A stretch of 64,000 nt of DNA, taken from Monocercomonoides exilis PA203. Taxonomy: Eukaryota; Protista; Preaxostyla. The notes beneath the pieces were generated by a model. The model did not search any database, was not told the DNA's origin, and saw nothing but the letters and a program-made list of their open reading frames with translations. This document shows positions 25,501 to 36,087 of the stretch, one piece after another. The translations under genes and the position numbers were made by a program. Position 1 is the stretch's first letter, and each line of letters begins with the position of its first letter. Where the stretch lies: the NCBI GenBank assembly GCA_001643675.2, contig LSRY02000013.1, positions 186,001 to 250,000 of the forward strand. The letters are read 5' to 3'.

Positions 25501-28500
25501 AAGAGTGCGACGTTGCAATCAAACAGGAATCGACAAATATTTCGTTTCTTTCTGCAAGAGGAGGGCAGGTGTCGATAAATCAACTCATTATGCGCTCGAC
25601 CTTTTTTGATGGCACATCCACGCTGGATGCCATATTTGTCACAGATGCATGTGAATCTTTCATGTTGAACGACTCGATTATTGAAAACTCTCAAATCAGA
25701 GACGGATCTGTTGTGAAGATTTCTGATTGCACTGCAAATGTGAATGTTTCTAATTGCACATTCAAGGAGGTGACTTGCTCATTGGGCAAGGGCGGTGCCA
25801 TTAGCATGCACAAGCCAGAAGTTGCATTGCCTTGCTACGAATGCCTTGAGAAATGCACATTTGAAGAATGCAAAATAAAAAGTGACGAAGCATGCGGAGG
25901 AGGCGTGTGCTGCTGCATTGGAATGAACAATCACCTGGAGATCACAAACTGCGCATTCGCAGCCTGTGAAGCATCTGTCAAAAAGAAAGGGGGCTTTGGA
26001 GGAGGATTGTTTCTTGAGTTCGATCATCAAGGGGTCGAATTTGTTGTGTCTGAGCCTTCTTTTTCTCAAAGCTCGCCAAATGCTGCCAAATGCGGAAGCG
26101 ATCTGTTCATGAAATCCCCAAGTTTGGAGGCAAGTGTCACCGACAGCACCCTTCCATTTGCCAAAACGATGGCAGACATATCTCTCAATTCCATGAGAGG
26201 GTTTGATGGCAACGATTCAGAACATGCAATTCCACTGATATTGCTTTTCCAGTCAACAGGCTCGGAAATACTTGCTTCCTCGTTGGAAGGGGCAGACACA
26301 ATTGCCTGCGGCTTTGAGTGCTACCCATGCGCTTCAATAGACCAAGCTCTTTCTCGCTTCAAAACTGTCGACAAAAGAGTAATAACTGTGAGGACAGGGT
26401 CTTTTGTGATCCATGAGATCGATCTGAGTGATGTGAAGATGATATCAGAAGGAGAACAGCAGGCAACTCTCACAATGTCATCTGCAATTGAAAATGGAAC
26501 AACAATGATCTCATCCAAAGGCATCACACAACTCGAACAATTGAAGATAATCGTTCCTCCTCATATCTCCAACGAAGTCAAAGTTGTGATTTCTTCATCG
26601 ACCAACCAAGGTGTGCTCTCGCTCACAAACTGCCAAATAGAGATAGAAGATGAATCAGAAGTGCCCAACAATTATGTTGTAATCAAAACAAGTGGATCAT
26701 CAATCCATCTGGTGTTTGTGAGTGTGACAAACTGCAGAATGGCAATGCCATTATTTTCATTTGACATAGTTCCACCAATGAATGCACCTGAAACAGCAGA
26801 AGTCCAGATGAAGAATTGCTCATTCAGCAATATCACTCATCAAGATAAAGACAGCTCAGCGTTATTTGGTGCATCACTGGGATGTGGATGTTCGATAGCC
26901 GGGTGTAATTTTAGTGAGATTTTTGCAGATCAGAGCATGAATGGAGGAGCAATGAGAGTGGTGCTTGAAGCGCATGGAGAATTGGAAATAACTGATTGCA
27001 ATACAAATGAATGTCAAGCAGAAAATAGAACTGAGGGGAAAGGAGGTTGGCTGTTCTTTGAATGCACAGAAGCTTATGCAACAGAGCAATTTTTATTCAA
27101 CAGCACTGTGTTTTCGATGAATGTTGCAAAGATTGGAAAGAACATATTTGTGCTTTCAGCAAGTTTGAACAGCTCCATAACCACACAGGCATTCTCCTTC
27201 AACTACTCTGGGTTGATCAACGATTCAAATGTGTTTGTGGGAAGCGATGATATTTTCACTGACACCGATTTATTCAGATTTTTAATTCCATATGCAAATA
27301 ACACCATTTTTGTGTCCTCCAGTGGTGCAGATGTGCTGCGATGCGGAAGCGAAGATGATCCATGTGAATCATTCTGGACTGGCGTGAATCACCTCAGTCA
27401 CACGGATGATGGCAAACAAATCTTCATTGAAGGGGTTGCAAATGTGGATAATGAATACGATCTCTCAGGTTTTGTAGTGGCTTCTGCCTCAATTCTGAAA
27501 GAAGAAGACTGTCAAAGCGAAATTGTTTTTTCAAAAAAGATGAATGGAACAAGTGGTGCATATGTGCTGAACAGAAATGAGATGTCCATATGCGCGATAA
27601 TGTTGTCCATTGGCGAAAACTTTGAGAACTCGGCTGATTGCGTGATCCTCAGTGAAGGAGATGAGCTGTTGTTGAGAAGATGCGCCTTTCAAAGCAAAGC
27701 GGCAGATAACACAGAAGCAGACTGTTCGTTTGTGCTGATGAGGAGAGGAAAGCTCAGTGTCGATGATCTTGAGATGAAATCTTCATCGGTGCGGAAAAGT
27801 GTGTTCGTGATGCACGATGCATGCGTGTGTGAATTTCACGCTGTGAAGATTTCCCAGTGCACAATTGATCGTGGTTGTGTTTTTGAAAGCGTGTCTTCAA
27901 CAAATGCAGCAAATGGGATTGGATTGATCAACATGACAGATTCGGCCCTTTCTTCAGCGAAAAGAAACGACAATGGCGGAAGCGCTATTCATTCCACTGG
28001 CCAAAATGGCCTCATCATTTTGATAAGCGGATCTCAGTTTGTTGACTGCAAGGCTGAAATGAGCATGAAGGGCGGAGCAGTGTCGTTCTGTCTGAATGAT
28101 GGAGGTGAGTTGAGAATAAGTGACACAACAATGACAAGATGCAGCTGCTCAATGAGCGGGAGGGGAGGTGGCATCCACGTGTCGACAAAAGTGGAGGGAG
28201 CTTTGAACATTCTGTTTCAGAAGATGTTCTTCACGGGAAACACAGCAGGCGTTGGGAATGACATCTTCATTCTGTGCCACAACATCACAAAACAGATCAA
28301 CGAAACTCAGTTCAGGTTTTCCTTGAAAGAGGGTGTGTATTCGTCCATCAACGCCATCTATGGCTCAGATACAACAGATCACATGAGCGACACAAACTTG
28401 ATGGACTTTATCACAATATATGAGTCTGATTTCATCATCGTGTCTTCTGATGATGGCAAAAACGGAAAAAACGAGAGACAATGCGGATCAGCCAAGATAC

Positions 28501-31253
28501 CATGCTTTTCGATTGGTTATGCCTGCTTCCACTTGTCAAGCGACATCACAAGCATGATGCTTGTTGATGGCGAATCTGTCATTGATGAAGAATGCATTTT
28601 GGACAACATGACCCTCACGTCTCTCAAAAGAAATGATGCAGCCATTCGAGTTCAGACAGGTATATCTCAGGCAGGCGAGTCTCTCATCACAATTCAGAAT
28701 CATGTGACTTTGTCTCGTCTGAGCTTTGTGTTTGAAAGAAATGCTCTTGCCTCGCATTCTTCTTTCATCTTTATGAGCTCCGACAGCTTGAGGATGGAAT
28801 CGTGTTCTTTCACATCTCCAAGAACTGGCCAATCCCAGCTTTCCATTCCTTGCACTTTATTCACAGTGCTTTCGGGAGATGTCTATTTCAGTGAGTGCGC
28901 TTTTTCTGGACTCCACTTGGCATCGTCTGCAATAAGCAGCTGCACAGGAAATGTCAAGGTCACATCTTGCTCTTTCAAGAGCATAGATTATTCTGCAAGT
29001 GTCATCACATGCGATGACGGAATGCTTGAGATATGCAACACCTCTTTCGATGGGTGCTTCGAGAAAGACCATGGGGCACCTTTGATTTCGTTCACAAATG
29101 CCAAAAATGTTTCTTTAAAAGAATGCAACATTGTGGGCAGTCATTCGTCTGCGATGAAAGGTGGATTTGTGTCATTCACATCATGTACTAACATTTGCAT
29201 CAGCTCGTGCCTGTTTGAAAATACAGACCTTTCAAACAGAGAAGAAAACAACATAAATTCGCAATCATCCGAGCTTTGCTCCTGGAACAGCTCGCTGGCG
29301 AGCCTTGAAAGAAGCACAGCTTCCATCTCAGATACCTTGTTTTCCAACGCATCACACGGCGGACTATCTGCTTCTGGAGGAAGCGTTAGAATTGTGAAAG
29401 GAGAGTTTGTGGGCAATGATCCATCAATCGCCAGATTCCCTTCAATCAGAAGAAACATCCTCTGCGAACACAATGGAAAGCTTGAGATCGACAGCTTGAA
29501 GGGAGGAGATGGACTACTGCCAAACACATCACTGTGGATTTTGAATGAAGGATGTGAGCTCACGGGGATTCCAACTGGAAGGCTATCTGAATTCTTCATC
29601 CCATCACTGGACGCTGTGGAAGTGAAAGAAAATGGAGATGCTGCTGAACTGACTTTCAAAGGAAAGCTCCTCATCCCATGCAATCTGAGTTTCCAGATTG
29701 TGTCAAAGAGAGATGATGTCAGCTCAATAGAGACTTTTCCGTTTTCTGAAGATGGCTTTGATTCAGAAAATGAAGCGAAAGGAAAGATTAGCATGTCTCT
29801 TATAAGTTCGGCCGCAAGAGAAGAAGAGGTTCTTGTCTGTATTTTGTTTGGAAGAGGCAAGGTCTTTTCATCAACTGATTCTTTTATTCTAAAGAACAAG
29901 AGCGAGTCTCAGACAAGTGGAGATGAAAGGATTGTTGAAGGAAGAAACAAAGAAAAATCAATATGGCCAATTGTGGTTGTTATTTTGGCTGTTATTCTTT
30001 TGATAATTCTGACTGCACTTGTAATTTTTGTTGTTCGATGGAAAAAGCAAAAGAAGAGAACTGAGGAGCTTGAAGTGATTGTGAATGACAACGTCAGAAA
30101 AGATCCGAAGGCGTTTGAGATGGTAACAATGGAGATGTCACCAGAAGAGCAGTGGAGGAGAGCAGAAAGGGAGGCAGAGAAGAAGAATGAAGAGAAGATG
30201 AAGAAGAGGGTATATGCGAAAAGCCTTCAGCATTCAGAATCGTCGGAGCATTTGCTGGCTGAGAGTGGATCAACCGAATATATTTTGGGAAAAGACTCGG
30301 ACAAAATTCCCGAATGGGCATTAGAGAAAGATGAAGAAGAAGAAATTCGAAAGCAGACTCCATCGCCATCAATATCTTCGACATGTTCAACTGATTCAGA
30401 TTCAACATTTGTACGAGGAGAGGATCTGTGTCCAACCACTTCATCGATGTCGAATCTGGTGGATGCAATCGCATGCTCATCACCTCATGAGAAGCTCATT
30501 GTGGATTTGAGAGATTCACTGTTCATGTTGCTTCACGGAAAGAATAAGACAAAGGAGATGGCGATTGGGACTCTGCAGGAGAGGGAGATGACAGCTGCCC
30601 AAATCCTGTTCTGGGTGGCCAATCTCGCCCTCCATTCATTTGATGAAATGGAAAATAAGCTTCAATCATTGAATAATCTCAGTCCTCACATTGTGCTATT
30701 CTCAGAACATATGGTCATTTGTATTGTGATGCACTCAGACCTTTTATCAGATGACGATTCTGATTCCTCATCCATCTCTTCATCAACTGTTGTGACATCT
30801 GCCAGTGATGATGATGATGATGACTCCCTTCCCTCATCCGCCTTTGAGGATGAAGACAGCTTCAAAAAAGAGTGTTTGAGGTGGAAGGCACCGGAACTGT
30901 TGATCAACAAGAACATGGGAGCAACAAAGAAGTCGGTGGTGTTCTCGATCGGGATGATGCTGTGGGAGTGCCTGACACTCCACATCCCGTTCGGGGAGTA
31001 CGAGGCTGTGATTGCTGGAGACAAGATTGCAAAAGGAGAGGCTTTGAGCATGTGCGGAAATACTCCAAGCACATTCTCTTTGGTCGTCAGCGAATGCCTC
31101 TCCTTTCAGCCTTCCAACCGGCCTTCTCTCGTCTCCATTTCGAGAGAGTTCTTTCAGAAGTTCCCCGAGTCGGCCAAGCTCCCCACAATGACTGACGCAC
31201 TCTTCACAAACCAGCAATCAGCCATCAGCAGAAACAGCTGCTGCAGCTATTAG
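22557..31253 (+). CDS. Giant type-I membrane receptor-like protein: signal peptide, Cys-rich repetitive (probable beta-helix) ectodomain, TM, cytoplasmic degenerate TK/TKL-type kinase
   Basis: 2898-aa intronless ORF with a hydrophobic N-terminus, five VS..G.D...CG....PC modules, GGG/GGA(I/V/L) and F..C repeats, TM IWPIVVVILAVILLIILTALVIFVV followed by RWKKQKKR, and C-lobe motifs LRWKAPELL, TKKSVVFSIGMMLWECLT..IPF, CL..QPSNRPS. Confidence 0.88.
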   Translation: MIFSLFSVCFIFIFSLNIIENVECLSSSKSYPMPSYYHHNSHIFDLLSLQDSINIQESHGKSECSMKSQFTLFNSSLIINDASFCQNSFSSTFKLKLASNLCLHSCRVLSNNDCIASQVSSWGGYVELFNFSIASHTHVIQHPLTMNCEESSLFMLQCKDCTFNSLTNIHVSSFLATGHVTFFVADGCSFLNISHSPSLPHRFTSHATPSIWNSCLIQNSKFYSCPNAQFGVVVTPTQNLMMIMNTSFSHSSDTHSPTNGSINSYSSGDVVAYSVHFSNLKDSNRIGLAFLINGNATLNASFCLFEMINASKNANTVYGAAVNHEGDGVHYSNKCNYTNCSSGYAAGGLSARSSSLEVVTSCSFDKCVAQFYSGLFFYSDIGDHLFEMNTFMKCVATYHTAGIGICFSSKNLRISECLIILCNSSTVHGAVSFVWERESISGIIAKLDFCFFEKNTIGNTSYGCDVSTDSSYYNSKVTKESFVHSYSLSACPIRVMIDTVDHSDWLGRPPSTIPVVFVSSVFGNDSRSECGFGGLPCKTIEKGISKRVRSQPLVISEGSYIHGTIPVDEMNVSLRGCEFEESTLTSNAVGDGKALFSVSSGILSVSYFTVVHTSSNSNPQSSVLMMSGSGRVTIQFSTIKGEASPATTFSTPLMIVNGGLAELASVCFTAFSNEKQLISFSSPNYLKMSDVTFNTITRQSGNGAIFEAQLLDGNEFCLSNVSFADCLCLRGNGGGMQIHMERGSSFSIGNASDKGATAKMNNCKAIGSLVSPGCGGGLLIKLDKDADNFLLKQLAFEGCIADRGYNLFVDAWQLDKLINATTLEFGPGRNDLDGYAGYERSTAGETLSIPLVVYLWDNMSVFAHVGGEKSADFSRCGYSEFPCSSIMSAVSLWFKGSNRFVELHSPFSLRSELLLDAFEWTIMSRVGKVTIGLDECNFSGGQAGMIETVSKSALTNFSFALPKSIGFKEALIVCKSSSLSVKECDVAIKQESTNISFLSARGGQVSINQLIMRSTFFDGTSTLDAIFVTDACESFMLNDSIIENSQIRDGSVVKISDCTANVNVSNCTFKEVTCSLGKGGAISMHKPEVALPCYECLEKCTFEECKIKSDEACGGGVCCCIGMNNHLEITNCAFAACEASVKKKGGFGGGLFLEFDHQGVEFVVSEPSFSQSSPNAAKCGSDLFMKSPSLEASVTDSTLPFAKTMADISLNSMRGFDGNDSEHAIPLILLFQSTGSEILASSLEGADTIACGFECYPCASIDQALSRFKTVDKRVITVRTGSFVIHEIDLSDVKMISEGEQQATLTMSSAIENGTTMISSKGITQLEQLKIIVPPHISNEVKVVISSSTNQGVLSLTNCQIEIEDESEVPNNYVVIKTSGSSIHLVFVSVTNCRMAMPLFSFDIVPPMNAPETAEVQMKNCSFSNITHQDKDSSALFGASLGCGCSIAGCNFSEIFADQSMNGGAMRVVLEAHGELEITDCNTNECQAENRTEGKGGWLFFECTEAYATEQFLFNSTVFSMNVAKIGKNIFVLSASLNSSITTQAFSFNYSGLINDSNVFVGSDDIFTDTDLFRFLIPYANNTIFVSSSGADVLRCGSEDDPCESFWTGVNHLSHTDDGKQIFIEGVANVDNEYDLSGFVVASASILKEEDCQSEIVFSKKMNGTSGAYVLNRNEMSICAIMLSIGENFENSADCVILSEGDELLLRRCAFQSKAADNTEADCSFVLMRRGKLSVDDLEMKSSSVRKSVFVMHDACVCEFHAVKISQCTIDRGCVFESVSSTNAANGIGLINMTDSALSSAKRNDNGGSAIHSTGQNGLIILISGSQFVDCKAEMSMKGGAVSFCLNDGGELRISDTTMTRCSCSMSGRGGGIHVSTKVEGALNILFQKMFFTGNTAGVGNDIFILCHNITKQINETQFRFSLKEGVYSSINAIYGSDTTDHMSDTNLMDFITIYESDFIIVSSDDGKNGKNERQCGSAKIPCFSIGYACFHLSSDITSMMLVDGESVIDEECILDNMTLTSLKRNDAAIRVQTGISQAGESLITIQNHVTLSRLSFVFERNALASHSSFIFMSSDSLRMESCSFTSPRTGQSQLSIPCTLFTVLSGDVYFSECAFSGLHLASSAISSCTGNVKVTSCSFKSIDYSASVITCDDGMLEICNTSFDGCFEKDHGAPLISFTNAKNVSLKECNIVGSHSSAMKGGFVSFTSCTNICISSCLFENTDLSNREENNINSQSSELCSWNSSLASLERSTASISDTLFSNASHGGLSASGGSVRIVKGEFVGNDPSIARFPSIRRNILCEHNGKLEIDSLKGGDGLLPNTSLWILNEGCELTGIPTGRLSEFFIPSLDAVEVKENGDAAELTFKGKLLIPCNLSFQIVSKRDDVSSIETFPFSEDGFDSENEAKGKISMSLISSAAREEEVLVCILFGRGKVFSSTDSFILKNKSESQTSGDERIVEGRNKEKSIWPIVVVILAVILLIILTALVIFVVRWKKQKKRTEELEVIVNDNVRKDPKAFEMVTMEMSPEEQWRRAEREAEKKNEEKMKKRVYAKSLQHSESSEHLLAESGSTEYILGKDSDKIPEWALEKDEEEEIRKQTPSPSISSTCSTDSDSTFVRGEDLCPTTSSMSNLVDAIACSSPHEKLIVDLRDSLFMLLHGKNKTKEMAIGTLQEREMTAAQILFWVANLALHSFDEMENKLQSLNNLSPHIVLFSEHMVICIVMHSDLLSDDDSDSSSISSSTVVTSASDDDDDDSLPSSAFEDEDSFKKECLRWKAPELLINKNMGATKKSVVFSIGMMLWECLTLHIPFGEYEAVIAGDKIAKGEALSMCGNTPSTFSLVVSECLSFQPSNRPSLVSISREFFQKFPESAKLPTMTDALFTNQQSAISRNSCCSY

Positions 31254-31319
31254 TGTTTGCTTCTCTCATCCCATCACAAGCATCGCCATCGTTCACACCC
31301 CTCGTATTCATCTCTTAAT

Positions 31320-32800
31320 CTCTCTCTTTTTTCTTTTTTGCTTTTGGTGAATAATTACAAGAAAGAATGAAATAAGCGCTGTCTATAGCTTCTGAAGGCT
31401 TTCTTTTGTTTTGTTTTCTTTTGTTTTGTTTCTGTTGTCTCCAAACAGGGCTTGGCATTTGCCAGCCAGAGGATGATGTTTGTGTTTTTCTGTGTTGTTC
31501 CTGCACTTCGCTCGAAAGTGATTTTTCACAACCACTTCCGCTTTATTGCTTGTAAATCCACTTCAAAATGGAAAGACATCGAGCCAAATGATTTCTGAAA
31601 TCCTTTGATCTTCCTCTGTGAATTGCATTCTTCTCTGAAATGAATGTTTCTCAAAAAATAAATCCCAGCATCCTTGCTTTGACTCAGTCAAGAAATCAAA
31701 ATCAAAAAAATATGTGATATTGTTGACACCTGCGCAAAAACCCAGAAAGCACCTTTCTCAGCCTTGGCCTAATTTCTAGAGTCATGCCAAGATGACTTTT
31801 TTTTTATTCATTCAAAACATGAAATATAACAATATAAAAATTGTTGAGATAAAAATAACAGCAAACGATGTGAAAGGAAATGGCACTCAAAAAAATGAGA
31901 GACTTCATATAAGTTCCATCAAAATGAAGGGAGAAACACTCTAGAATTTATTTTTTTTGTTGAAAGCTCATTGCCTCCTTCTTTCAAACGATTCAAGACA
32001 AAAGGCAAGAAGCTGAGCCATCTATAACATTCCTTCGGTGATAGCACCCAGCATCTTGCATTCCCATTCCATCCCAAAATAACTGCATTCCCCAATGAAA
32101 AATTCCCACCTCCATCAACATGGCACAGATTCACAGAGTATCCCCTTCCGCTTTGTCATCCTTTTTGCATTAAGACATTGATCACCAGCTTGGCACTTTC
32201 AGCCGAAGCATAAACATCTCTTCCCTTCGTAAATAGAAACGCGCTTTCGCCGCTGATGACACAGCAAAAATTAGGCACTCAAGCTTCAGCTTTCAATCAA
32301 CTTGCGATGCTCCAGGGGAAAATGAAATTAAAAATATGTAATTGTGAACCAATGGAACATTTGCTGGCCATTTCTTGAACGCTCCAACTTGATCGGAACA
32401 TCGCTTCTCTGCTTCCATTCGCAATATCCCTTGTTTCCAATTTGAAGAATCTGTTATCGCCACAGCTCCGTGTCCTCCAATCAACGCACGCACATGTTAT
32501 TTGGATGTATGCCCGCCAAAAAAGAGCTGCTTTTCCTTTTCCCCATATCCTTTTCCTTCCAGAATCTGTCTTTTAGGTGTAGCAACGATACAAATACCCT
32601 GCACGCAAAATTATATGTCGGCAAGCGCATCAGATGGTCAATGTCAATTTCAGTTCTTGTTCATTCAGCCATTTTCTTTGCTCTTCGCTGGCAAACATCC
32701 CTCGCATTTTCGCTTTCCACAAAATGTGACATGGCAACTGCACATTTTGGAGGGGAAAAAATAAAATAAATAAAATGCGCCAATAAAAGCAAACTGAGCT
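31320..32800 (-). pseudogene. Possible heavily decayed paralog of the adjacent receptor family, tail-to-tail
   Basis: Minus-strand fragments RTEIDIDHLMRLP...RVFVS (cf. RVMIDTVDHSDWL...VVFVSS), GGHGAVAITDS, HVDGGGNFSLGN and TALISFFLVIIHQKQKRKKRE (cf. TALVIFVVRWKKQKKR) lie in matching order. The region is more GC-rich than normal spacers and interrupted by stops. Confidence 0.35.
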
Positions 32801-34034
32801 GAAGCCTCTTCAGTTGGCCATTTCCTAAACGATTTTTCTGCCAATATGGCTCTTATGGAATTTCTCAACAATAAAATTCTAAAAAAGAAAAGAGCTGGTC
32901 TTTTCAACAAAAACATCATTTCCATTCATAAAAATTCCAAACCTCTTTTTTTTATCTTGCACCTACAACGTATTCAGTATTTTTATTATCGGATCCTCAA
33001 GCAGAAGCAAAGCAGCGACTCTTTTTCCATTTTTGGGGAAAAAAATAAGACATCGAAAAGAAAAGGCATTTCACGCTCGATATTGGCCAATTCCAAAAAA
33101 TTGCATGTCTTGAGATATGCTTTATTGCTTTATTGAGAGCAATGTCTTTTTGTGCTGGCACCAGCCATTCCCTCGTTTTTTGAGTCATCGAAAAGAATCC
33201 ACAAAAATGAGAAATAAAATAAATGATTATTCATCTGTCATGAAAATCACTTTTGCTCAATGGCTTCTCGCAACGGTCGCCCATCTCCGAACAACAACAG
33301 TCCGACACACACAAATTGATAGGAAAACAAAAATCATCTTTCAAACGATACGCTCTCTGCACAAATTGCAATCTTTGTTCAATGCTTAAATTCTATCATA
33401 TCCTGCAACATAACACATTCTTCCGTTTTTGTACTGCCTAAGAGCAAATACACGCTTTTTGTTCTCAATTTTTGATTTTGAAGAAATAATTATTTGTTGA
33501 TCATTTTGCTTCAAAATTTTTCTAACAAAATGAACATATTTATTATCAAGAAGAAAGTATTCAAATTAATCATTATTTTATCTATTGGCTATGATTTGAA
33601 AAAGAAAATATTCAAACACCTTCAAAAATTCGAAAAACTGGAAAAAAAAATATTACAAATGTTTATATTAAACTTGAAAAGTTATTGGTTTGTCTACTCT
33701 TCAATAATTATTCTTTTCCTAAAATTCAAAGGAAGATTCAAAGCAAAATTTTGTTGGCATTTAAGGGGGAAATGAATAAAAATAATATTTTATCAAAAAT
33801 TTGCTACCAATTAATTTAGCAATATTCATTTGTTTTTATTTTTCTTTTTATTTTTATTTTTATTTGTTTTTATTTTATTTTATTATATTTTTGATTAGTT
33901 CCTTTTGCTTTATGACAAACAAAACTTTGATTTCATATTTTTATCAATTTTCTGTTTACACTCACGAAACTTAATAAAAATTAGTTAAAAAGCATCACAT
34001 CATTTGCACCACATATTATTCAAATTTCGTAAAC

Positions 34035-34715
34035 TTTTTATTTGAAATTTAAAAAAAAAAAAAATGAATATTTCATTAAAAAAATATTTTGGTGAGAAAT
34101 TGGTTTTTGGCTGAATGTTGGAAAGTGATAAAATTTTTATATTTTTTCACTAATAATAAAATGGATGAGAAATTTAACCTCTAATATTATTATTTGTGAA
34201 TAAACATAATATTTTCTGATAATTCAGAAAAAAATCAACATCATAGAAATCTGATAATTTTCAAATGAATTCACCTTTCACCGTTTGATTACTCATTGAA
34301 CTATCAAAATTTATTATTTTCATCAATTGCGGAGTCAATAGACAAATGTTTTTGTCAGCAAAGCAAATTTTCAAATGCACTTTCGGAATTATCAATTAGT
34401 TTTTGAAAATTGTGAAATTTTAAGATCTTTTTATTTAGACAATTCACATTTATTGAAAAATGCATAATCTGACAATATGATATGAATTCATTTGAAAATT
34501 ATCAGATTTCTATGATGTTGATTTTTTTCTGAATTATCAGAAAATATTATGTTTATTCACAAATAATAATATTAGAGGTTAAATTTCTCATCCATTTTAT
34601 TATTAGTGAAAAAATATAAAAATTTTATCACTTTCCAACATTCAGCCAAAAACCAATTTCTCACCAAAATATTTTTTTAATGAAATACTCATTTTTTTGT
34701 AATTTCGAATAAATA
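34035..34715. mobile_element. Fold-back/MITE-like element family B (~215-240 bp arms, ~210-bp spacer)
   Basis: 34058-34273 is the near-perfect reverse complement of 34483-34698. Imperfect pairing extends about 20 bp outward. No visible similarity to family A. Confidence 0.8.
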
Positions 34716-35166
34716 GTAAGAATAAGAGAACAATATAGTCATATGAATTTTTTCTTTTTTCATCATAAGGGTAATTCTTTTTTATAATAATGTTGTTGCG
34801 CTGTGATTTTTTAACGAAAATCGTTCATATGGTGCAAAATATTTTTCTTCAAGCTGTTTCAATGAAAAATTGTGCACTTTTCGTTTTCTCGTTTATTTCT
34901 AAAAACACAACAAAAATGGGTCCATTTTTTGAAGTTTATGAAATGCAACAAAACTTAATGTTTTGATTTCAACGATGCGCGTTTACGAATTTGAAAATCA
35001 AATTTATTTTGTTATCTGAGAAAGTGAAAAATTGTTTTGAGTGAAACATATTTTAGTGCTTTTTGAATAAAAAGCTTGAAAGATTGAATTTTCTTACAAG
35101 TCAATAATAAAAAATCATAAAAATCTATCTTTTTCATGAAAATATGTGTTTGCACAAAATAAAAAA

Positions 35167-36007
35167 ATGGAACTTATTTTTGTTTATTTCGGAACAAAAA
35201 GCATTTCTGATCAAAATAAAGTGTTCGATAATGAATATTCAATATGAGATTGGTCTCTCACTCATATTCTGGAAAATAAAATCACCACATGCACCAAACA
35301 TCGAATCAAAAAGAATTGTTATAAGACAGAATTTAACCACAGATTTTGGTAGTGCCAGAAATGCACTGAAAAAACATCAGTCAACAATAATACTATTTTT
35401 GAGAATATGAAGACTCCATCAGGAACAACATTCTTAATTTGTTTGCACTACTGGCTAAAAATTCCAATTCCAACGAAATCAACTATTCTTGAAGTTGGTA
35501 ATGAGACGGTGGGATTTTGGTGGAGCATCATTCGTGTGTGCTGTCAATGATAATGGAATTCATCACAGCAAGTTGTTTGTGGAAAGGGGAAGATAGTGGA
35601 AACAGATGAGGCGATATGGAAAAAACAAAAAAATGGAACAGGGATAAAGATCACATTTTGATTTTTGGTAGTATTGATAGGCTCGAAGGCAAGGAGGCAG
35701 AATCTCGTTTTATAACCATAGTACCGAATAGAAAAAGAAACACATTGATCCCTTTAATCCAAAAATTCATTCTGCCAAAAACAATGATCATTTCAGATAA
35801 ATAGAGAGCATATTCATGTTTGTAATCAATTGGATATAGGCATCAAACCATCTGTCATAAAAAAGAATTTGTTAACAGAGAAATGCAAAACCACGCAAAA
35901 ACTATTGATGGCCCATGGTCTCATTTCAAAGCAGCTTTTTTACAGTTGCGAAACATATAATAAAGTTCGTTTCTGATTATTTGGCAATATATTTTGTGAA
36001 ATCCTGA
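35167..36007 (+). pseudogene. Merlin (IS1016/ISXO2-like, IS1595 family) DDE transposase pseudogene
   Basis: CTKH...W*CQKC..S...TIFENMK Zn-ribbon; CGKGKIVETDEA, then a frameshift to KWNRDK..LIFGSIDR, VPNRKRNTLIPLIQKFILPKTMIISDK*RAYSCL*SIGYRHQTICHKKEFV...TIDGPWSHFK. In-frame stops at 35245, 35350, 35548, 35551, 35802, 35823. Confidence 0.9.
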
Positions 36008-36045
36008 ATGAAGTTGATTTTTTTTGGATCTAATGCAGCATGATT

Positions 36046-36046
<1 letters not shown>

Positions 36047-36085
<39 letters not shown>
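36047..36085 (+). repeat. Poly(A) tract (39 nt) about 40 bp downstream of the transposase remnant
   Basis: Directly visible. A similar A34 tract lies at 22364-22397. Confidence 0.9.

Positions 36086-36087
<2 letters not shown>

Noticed and set aside
35245-35825. In-frame TAA/TAG in the transposase as evidence of a TAR=Gln code, as known in some oxymonads
   Set aside because: TGA stops and a frameshift also occur, one TAG replaces a conserved Trp, and intact genes end at TAA/TAG with no internal TAR.
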